From the NCBI GenBank assembly GCA_048772705.1, contig JBLWGC010000119.1, forward strand, positions 1 to 11,099: a DNA stretch of 11,099 nt, in the 5' to 3' direction. The first letter of the stretch is position 1, and every line of letters begins with the position of its first letter. Both the position numbers and the translations under genes were made by a program. Under the pieces are notes generated by a model. It saw only the letters and a program-made list of their open reading frames with translations, had not been told where the DNA came from and did not search any database. Below, piece by piece: positions 1 to 7,576 of the stretch. This DNA is from Leidyana gryllorum EB-2025a. Its lineage: Eukaryota; Protista; Apicomplexa.

Positions 1-2798
1 TCAGTACATAGACCTAAAAAGCGGATTCCATCAAGTACGCGTCCACCCCGATAGCCGCCCGCTCACCGCTTTCACCACTCCATGGGGCTTGTACGAATGG
101 GTGAGCATGCCCAATGGCCTCTGCAACGCCCCGGCAACCTTCATGGCGCTTATGAACCTCGTCTTCCGAGACCTCATCGGCGAATATGTTTTTGTTTATC
201 TCGACGACGTTCTCATCTACAGTCCTGACCTCAACGCACACCGACAGCATCTTATCGAAGTCTTCCGACGGCTCAACTCTCATCAGCTCATTGTTCACCG
301 CCGCAAGTCACGCTTCTTCCTTCGCGAAGTAGACTATGTCGGACACACCATTTCAGCCGAAGGATGACGACCACTGAAGGCGAAATGCACGACCATCCAG
401 AACCTACCACTTCCAACGAACCTGCGCGAAATGCAAAGTAGGCTCGGACTGGTAAATTACTACCGCCGTTTCATCCCCCACTTTTTGCGGAAATTGCGGT
501 CCCTCTTTACGACGCAATGAAAGGCCTCCGATTCCCCAAAGCACCTATAGCCACAACCGATAGCCTATATCAGCATGGAACACCCTGAAGGACTCAACGT
601 ACTTCACCGCAAAAAGCCTGGGAAACATACTGCTGCACCAGCAACCCACTGGGCCTTCCAGCCTGGCGCTAGCGCCCGAGCCATAGGCGCTGTCGCTGGT
701 CCTGTGAAGAGGGAGGGGAGAAACCAGTGGACTTCAACTCTCATCCACTTTACCGATGTAGAACAAAGATACCCCACGCGACGCGAACTACTCGCGGTGG
801 TGTTCGCCGTGCGGCACTGGCGCCATTTACTCGTGGGACGACGAGTGACGGTTCACACAGACCACAAACCACTCATCTACCTGATGAAGCAGGATCCCAC
901 ATCTCTGATAGACAAGCTAGGTGGTTACCTTACTCTCGCCGAATATCACCTGGAATTCGAATACATCAAGGGCTGCGAGAATGTCATCGCCGACATCCTG
1001 AGCCGACCGCCGACCGCAGATACGCCCGCAGACCCGCTGTCACACAACCGTACGACATCCGCTGCCGTTTTCACGCTCTCTGCGAACCCGCTGATCAATA
1101 CCGACGAGGAACCGACCACTGACCGTACAACAGCCCCAGACGCCCCCGACAACGCGCTACCGCCAGCTTCAACAGAAACGCTGCAAAAAAATCGAAATCC
1201 CATAAACAACTTCCCCTCCTCACCGCGAAACCACGAATGCATCCCACCAATACACCGACGATTGATTCAAGCCTGGCGTTCTCAAAAAGACCGCGCCGGC
1301 GCCTGTGGTCCAATCATTTGGATCGACTCCGTACCCATAACCGAAGAAGGTCAGTGTGAGGTCCCTTGGAACCCTCCATTGTCGCGGACATCATCAAGGA
1401 AGCCCACTCGACGCTGATCGCGGGGCACTATGGACCACAGAAGACAGCCAACCGAATCCGAGCGACATTTGTCTGGCCGGGGATGATGAACGACATCGCC
1501 CAGTTCTGCCGACAGTGTCAGACGTGCCAGCTCGGTAAGCAACGCCGCCACCGCCCACTCGGGCTCTTGAACCCTCTCAACATCCCCTTCCACCCTTGGT
1601 CCGAGGATTCCATATGGATTTCTCGAACTGCCCACGGACACCCGCACAGGTGCACAATTACCTCATGGTGGCATTGACCGACTCACTCGACGCGCCCGTC
1701 TCATTCCGTGCCGTAAGGCCATGGACGCCACCACCACGGCCCATTCCTCGACCACATCGTGAAACTCCACGGGCTCCCACAACGCATCATCTCGGACCGT
1801 GATACGCGTTTCATGTCGAACATGTGGCAAGCCCTGTTCCGAGCCCTCGGCACTACCCTCTCCTTCACTACCCCATATCATCCACAGACAAATGGCCTAG
1901 CTGAACGCACCAATCAATCGGTTTTGCAGCTCTTGAAGTTGTCCATGAGCGGTCTGCGCGAGGAGTGGTGGACTCATTTCGTTCAGGCCATAGAGATCGC
2001 TTTCAACTCCAACACCAGTAAGTCGACGAACTTCAGCCCGTTCGAACTGGACAACGGACGACCCATGGCACTCCCACATTCTCGTGATCTGCTCGCTTTC
2101 CACACCCCAACACTCCCGCACGCCCCACTCTACCTCCAAAAACTCCAAGAAGCCCGAGACCGACTCCAGCATGCTGGCGAGCTCATGAAAACGCAAGCCG
2201 ACCGCCACCGGGCACCCATCACCTTCGCGGAGGACGACCTCGTCCTCCTCCGGACCCGACACCTGACGCACGTACCCCAACACAAGCTGGCGTTACCTTT
2301 CTGCGGCCCCTTCCGTGTCTTGAAACGACTCCCCGGTGATGTTTACGAGTTAGACACCCCGGCCGACTGGAGAATCTTCCCAAGGTTCCATGTCTCCCGG
2401 CTTGAACCCTTTACTCGCTCTCCACAACCCAACACCCCGATCAGCCCTCCAGTTGCAGATGTCCCCAACCTCATTCCCGTCTCAGATGAAGGTCCCCAAC
2501 TGTACCTAATGGAGAAGATCGTGGTGAAGAACAGTCAGAGGATGGTTTAAAATATCTGGTGAAGTGGCGAGGATACGAGAGCCCTTCATGGGAACCCGCT
2601 GAATACGTACTTGAGGCGGACGGTCAGGACTTGATCGCCGACTTCCGCCGGAACTTCAACACCCGGAACCCCCGCCACGCCTACGAAGGTTTGGAAGGGA
2701 GGAGATGTAGCCCGCCACGACCCTTACTAGACCAGCCCCCTCTCCTGGACCCATCCCACGGCACCCTCAAGGGCGGCCGTCTGCTCCGAAGACATTGA
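1..2798 (+). pseudogene. pol: Disrupted pol of family A (RT, RNase H, integrase, GPF motif, chromodomain)
   Basis: Motifs spread over several frames: DLKSGFHQ, NAPATF, YLDD, ELLAVVFA, TDHKPL, ADILSR, GHYG..CQTC, ISDRD, QTNGLAER, GPF, VKWRGY..WEP. In-frame TGA at 365-367 and many frameshifts. Confidence 0.92.
2693..2705 (+). other. Polypurine tract of element A
   Basis: GGAAGGGAGGAGA directly before the TG of the LTR. Confidence 0.88.
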
Positions 2799-3082
2799 TC
2801 ACCCACTGAGCGAACTCAGGTAGGCAGCACCCCTCAACTGGCCCGTTGTCAGTGATCCCGACGCCACCAGTAGCGTGATAGCCATGATCAAGCTATTGGT
2901 GGCGCCAGGATCACTGACAACGTCGAGAGTTGAAGGACGGTGTCTCCGAAAATGCCGGCCGGCATCTCGGAGACACGGACACACGTGTGGCTTACGATTT
3001 TTGAGTGTACGTGATTACCTGAAATAACCTAGAACAATTCGAATGACTGCCAAAGCGAAAGCCGCCGCCCTCGGGGCTAAAA
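2706..3082 (+). repeat. 3' LTR of element A (377 bp, TGTAGCCC...GGGCTAAAA)
   Basis: Starts after the PPT and has an imperfect terminal inverted repeat. The right boundary is set by resumption of B integrase sequence (GGACCCATCTC). Only one copy is in the window. Confidence 0.82.
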
Positions 3083-3930
3083 GGACCCATCTCGTCCCGG
3101 CCATCGAGATAGCCTTCAACACCAGTACGAGTAAGTCTTCTAATTTCACCCCTTTCGAGATAGACACCGGGCGCCCCATGGCCCTCCCTTACACTCAATG
3201 CGCCCGCTCACTCACCGAATCCTCCGCCCCCCATACCCCATTATACCTCGAACGCCTCCAAGAAGCACGCGACCGCCTACAGCACGCGTCAGACCTCATG
3301 AAGGTGCAAGCCGATCGCCGACGGACCCCATGCTCCTTCAACACCGGTGACCTCGTCCTGCTACGCACCCGAAAGCTCTCGCACGTGCCTCAACATAAAC
3401 TCGCTCTACCCTTCTGCGGTCCCTTCAGGGTAACCCACTCTCTACCCGGCGACGTCTACCAACTTGAACTGCCGGAAGATTGGCGCATTTTCCCCCGGTT
3501 CCACGTTTCAAGACTGGAACCATTTAAACCCCCAGACACCGACCCCCAATGCTCGAACACCACCGATACCCCACATTCCTCTGCAGAACCGGAGCTATAC
3601 ATCATGGAGCGGATAATGGGCGAAGAGTTGACTGCCAGTGGGCTCAAGTATCTCGTTAAGTGGCGCGGTTACGACGATCGGACTTGGGAACCGGCTGACC
3701 ATGTCCTAGAGGCTGACGGCCACGATCTCATTGCGGAATTTCACCGAAGCTACTCGAAGGCTAACCCTCACAACCCCTACGTTGGTTTGGAAGGGAGGGA
3801 TGTTAGCCCAACGAGAGCCAACGCTCCGACCCCCCTCCTCGACCAACCCACGCAACTGGCCCCCGGCATCGGCACCATACGAGGTGGCCGACAGTTGCGG
3901 CCTAGAAAAGGACCTTGCGGAAGTCTGTAG
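3043..3930 (+). CDS. Chimeric 295-aa ORF: 13 LTR-A-encoded residues fused in frame to the B1 integrase C-terminal half (GPF motif, chromodomain, LTR-encoded tail)
   Basis: ATG at 3043 lies inside LTR A. The frame continues THLVPAIEIAFN...FCGPFRV...YLVKWRGYDDRTWEP... to a stop in LTR B1. Expression is unknown. Confidence 0.6.
   Translation: MTAKAKAAALGAKRTHLVPAIEIAFNTSTSKSSNFTPFEIDTGRPMALPYTQCARSLTESSAPHTPLYLERLQEARDRLQHASDLMKVQADRRRTPCSFNTGDLVLLRTRKLSHVPQHKLALPFCGPFRVTHSLPGDVYQLELPEDWRIFPRFHVSRLEPFKPPDTDPQCSNTTDTPHSSAEPELYIMERIMGEELTASGLKYLVKWRGYDDRTWEPADHVLEADGHDLIAEFHRSYSKANPHNPYVGLEGRDVSPTRANAPTPLLDQPTQLAPGIGTIRGGRQLRPRKGPCGSL
3789..3800 (+). other. Polypurine tract of B1
   Basis: GGAAGGGAGGGA directly before TGTTAGCCC. 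Confidence 0.9.
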
Positions 3931-4092
3931 TCGGTTGGCCGAAGCCAATCCGGCGGATAGCCCGTCTCCGTCAACGGCCGGCCGGCCGGAGACGCGCAGA
4001 CACACGTGTGTCCAATTTTTACCTGTTGCACGACTCGAACAAACCGACTGCCATGCCTGCAAAACGATCAACACGAGCCCACGGGGCTGAAA
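3801..4092 (+). repeat. 3' LTR of B1 (292 bp, TGTTAGCCC...GGGCTGAAA)
   Basis: Matches both LTRs of B2 in reverse complement. Confidence 0.95.
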
Positions 4093-4093
4093 C

Positions 4094-4900
4094 CCACAAG
4101 CGAACGGTCTGACAGAACGTGCAAACAGGACCATCCTACAGATGTTGAGATGCGCCCTGAGAGGACTAGGAACCAATTGGTGTACTCACATCAATACGGT
4201 ACAGATCGCGTACAACACGTCGACACAATCATCAACGAATGCAACCCCATTTGAACTGGACACGGGGCGATCACAATTCCTACAAGACAACCTCTCGTCA
4301 ATCAAAGCATGTTCAACACCATTCAGATTATACCTGCAGAAGCTACAAGAAGCTAAGGACCGATTGTCCGCCGCAGCAGACAGACAGAAGTTGGGAGCTG
4401 ATCAAGGTAGAGCAGAGACCACATTCAAGGTCGGAGATCGAGTACTGCTGAAGACGAAGAACTTGATCCATGTGCCGAACAACAAATTGGCTTTACCCTA
4501 TTGTGGACCCTTTACGATCGTAGAAGCCACCGACACCGACACATATACACTAGATCTACCAGACGCCTGGAAGATTTTTCCCAAATTCCACGCCTCACGA
4601 CTGGAACACTTCAAGCAACCGCATCATCAGAACACTGCAACACCCCAACAGCACTCGGATAGATCAGACAGACAGACGAACCAACCCACCGACATTTACC
4701 TGATGGAAAAGATTTTAGGCGAACGTATCAACCAAGAAGGGCTACCGGAATATAAGGTTAAGTGGGCGGGATATACAGACCAAGAAGCCACCTGGGAACC
4801 CCTGGACACCATCATCGATGCAGCAGCAATGGATTTGGTGCAGGCGTTCAAGGCAGAATGGAACGAGAGACACCCCCACAACCCATATACAGATATTTAG
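4094..4900 (+). pseudogene. pol: 5'-interrupted integrase-chromodomain of family C
   Basis: Open frame PQANGLTERANRTILQML...YCGPF...FHASRL...YKVKWAGYTDQEATWEP...NPYTDI*. It begins one base after LTR B1. Confidence 0.92.
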
Positions 4901-4910
4901 GAGGGAGGGG
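4899..4910 (+). other. Polypurine tract of element C
   Basis: AGGAGGGAGGGG directly before TGTAG. Confidence 0.88.
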
Positions 4911-5008
4911 TGTAGCGCTTCAGTACCCATCTAGCCGCAGCTAGTCTGGGGACAACATGTCTGTGTCTCCGGGGGGGGCCGGCCGGCAGCCGGCACGGAG
5001 ACACGAAC
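4911..5008 (+). repeat. Left part of the 3' LTR of element C (split by B2)
   Basis: Starts TGTAGCG after the PPT and ends at the CGAAC duplication. Confidence 0.85.
5004..5008. repeat. Target-site duplication CGAAC (left)
   Basis: The same 5-mer flanks the other end of B2 at 10250-10254. Confidence 0.92.
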
Positions 5009-5300
5009 TTTCAGCCCCGTGGGCTCGTGTTGATCGTTTTGCAGGCATGGCAGTCGGTTTGTTCGAGTCGTGCAACAGGTAAAAATTGGACACACGTGTG
5101 TCTGCGCGTCTCCGGCCGGCCGGCCGTTGACGGAGACGGGCTATCCGCCGGATTGGCTTCGGCCAACCGACTACAGACTTCCGCAAGGTCCTTTTCTAGG
5201 CCGCAACTGTCGGCCACCTCGTATGGTGCCGATGCCGGGGGCCAGTTGCGTGGGTTGGTCGAGGAGGGGGGTCGGAGCGTTGGCTCTCGTTGGGCTAACA
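5009..5300 (-). repeat. 3' LTR of B2
   Basis: No differences seen by eye from 9958-10249. Confidence 0.96.
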
Positions 5301-5312
5301 TCCCTCCCTTCC
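5301..5312 (-). other. Polypurine tract of B2
   Basis: GGAAGGGAGGGA on the - strand, abutting the LTR. Confidence 0.9.
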
Positions 5313-6764
5313 AAACCAACGTAGGGGTTGTGAGGGTTAGCCTTCGAGTAGCTTCGGTGAAATTCCGCAATGAGATCGTGGCCGTCAGCCTCTAGGACAT
5401 GGTCAGCCGGTTCCCAAGTCCGATCGTCGTAACCGCGCCACTTAACGAGATACTTGAGCCCACTGGCAGTCAACTCTTCGCCCATTATCCGCTCCATGAT
5501 GTATCCTTCCGGTTCTGCAGAGGAATGTGGGGTATCGGTGGTGTTCGAGCATTGGGGGTCGGTGTCTGGGGGTTTAAATGGTTCCAGTCTTGAAACGTGG
5601 AACCGGGGGAAAATGCGCCAATCTTCCGGCAGTTCAAGTTGGTAGACGTCGCCGGGTAGAGAGTGGGTTACCCTGAAGGGACCGCAGAAGGGTAGAGCGA
5701 GTTTATGTTGAGGCACGTGCGAGAGCTTTCGGGTGCGTAGCAGGACGAGGTCACCGGTGTTGAAGGAGCATGGGGTCCGTCGGCGATCGGCTTGCACCTT
5801 CATGAGGTCTGACGCGTGCTGTAGGCGGTCGCGTGCTTCTTGGAGGCGTTCGAGGTATAATGGGGTATGGGGGGCGGAGGATTCGGTGAGTGAGCGGGCC
5901 CATTGAGTGTAAGGGAGTGTCTATCTCGAAAGGGGTGAAATTAGAAGACTTACTCGTACTGGTGTTGAAGGCTATCTCGATGGCCGGGACGAGATGGGTC
6001 CACTCGTCTCTCAGTCCTTGCATCGAAAGTTTGAGTAATTGGAGCACTGATTGGTTGGTTCGTTCCGCCAAGCCGTTAGTTTGCGGGTGGTAAGCAGTTG
6101 TGAACGCTAGTGTGGTTCCCAAGCCTTGAAAGAGTGAGCGCCACAAGTTGGACATGAACCTGGAATCGCGATCAGAGATTATTCGTTGGGGTAAGCCATG
6201 CAGTTTCACGATGTGGGTCAGGAAGAGTCGGGCGGTAGACGCGGCGTCTATGGATTTTTGGCACGGTATAAGGCGGGCCCGTCGGGATAGGCGGTCGACT
6301 ACGACCATAAGGTAGTCATGGCCTGTCCGCGTGTCAGGTGGGAGTTCCAGGAAATCCATATGCACTTCGACCCAGGGTTGTGATGGGATGTTTAGTGGGT
6401 TCAGGAGGCCGAGGGGGCGGTGGCGTCGTTGCTTACCCAATTGGCATGTCTGGCATTGTCGGCAAAACTGGGCTACGTCGTTCGTCATCCCAGGCCAGGT
6501 GAAGGTGGCTCGGATCCTATTTGCCGTCTTTTGCGGTCCGTAGTGGCGGGCGGTAAGTGTTGAGTGGGCCTCGCCTATGATTTGGGAGATCAATCCCGGG
6601 TCGAGTGGGACTTCGATACAGCCGTCTTCGGTGATGGGCAGGTTGGCGACCCAACGGACTGGTCCGCATGCTCCGGCTTGGTTCTGTCTGGTGCGCCATG
6701 CTTCAAGTAGGCTGCTATGTATCTGGAGCAGTTGATTGTCGACGGGAGGTTCACGGGAAAAATT

Positions 6765-6996
6765 ATTTTGCGGCTCGGAAGGGTCGTTCGTGGCGGGGCT
6801 ATGTTCGTCGGCGGTGTTCGTCCGATTTTGCGGCTCGGAAGGGTCGTTCGTGGCGGGGCTGTGTTCGTCGGCGGTGTTCGTCCGATTTTGCGGCTCGGAA
6901 GGGTCGTTCGTGGCGGGGCTGTGTTCGTCGGCGGTGTTCGTCCGATTTTGCGGCTCGGAAGGGTCGTTCGTGGCGGTGTCGGTGTTCGTCGGCGGT
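6765..6996 (-). repeat. In-frame 60-bp tandem repeat (~3.8 copies) encoding TNDPSEPQNRTNTADEHSPA
   Basis: Sequence lines 6781, 6841 and 6901 repeat with an exact 60-nt period and one substitution. Confidence 0.97.
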
Positions 6997-7576
6997 GAAT
7001 CGCTCACGTCGGTACTTCGTAACGGATTTATGCGTGTCGTCAGCGAGAGGACTCGCGCGGTATTCCTCTCCTCTGTCGGCTTATTCGGTCGGCTGAGTAA
7101 GTCGGCGATGATGTTATCGCAGCCTTTCACGTATTCGAACTCGAGATGGTACTCAGCTAAGGTGATTAACCACCGTGCCTGTCGGTCTGACAAGTGTGGC
7201 TGCTTCATCAGGTATATCAAGGGGCGGTGGTCCGTATGGACTCTTATTTCACGGCCCACTAGCAGGTGTCGCCAGTGTCGGACCGCGAAGACCACTGCGA
7301 GGAGTTCCCTCTGGTGGGTCGGGTAGCGTTGCTCGACATCGGTCAGAGCGTGTGAGAAGAAGTCGGCCGGTTTCCGCATCTTCCCTGCCTCTTCCTCGTA
7401 TTCGAGGGTCGCTCCGATTGCCCGAGCACTGGCGTCTGTGTGTAGGTGTAGTGTGGTTGCGTGGAGCGGTATGTAACCGAGGGTAGGTGCCGCGAGGAGT
7501 AGTGACTTCAGGTTGGTCCACGCTGTTGTGATACTGTTGTCGGATTGGATAGGGGCTTTGGGGTCCTTTAGGCCCG

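Larger units (their letters stand above)
1..3082 (+). mobile_element. Ty3/gypsy chromovirus-like LTR retrotransposon, family A (3' part; 5' end outside window)
   Basis: RT-RNaseH-IN-chromodomain order, followed by a PPT and an LTR starting TGTAGCCC. Sequence of family B resumes exactly at 3083. Confidence 0.92.
3083..4092 (+). mobile_element. Family B copy 1 (B1): 3' part of integrase, chromodomain, PPT and 3' LTR
   Basis: Near-identical to the reverse complement of 5009-6001. Confidence 0.95.

Noticed and set aside
5001-5008. 8-bp TSD ACACGAAC
   Set aside because: The ACA at 10247-10249 belongs to the LTR, since it is also present at 5298-5300 and as TGT at 3801. The TSD is the 5-mer CGAAC.
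3083-6001. Terminal inverted repeats of a DNA transposon or DIRS-type element
   Set aside because: Fully explained by two oppositely oriented copies of LTR family B. No transposase or tyrosine recombinase is present.
6765-6996. Possible CRISPR array
   Set aside because: Units are contiguous with no unique spacers, lie in frame within pol, and there are no cas genes.
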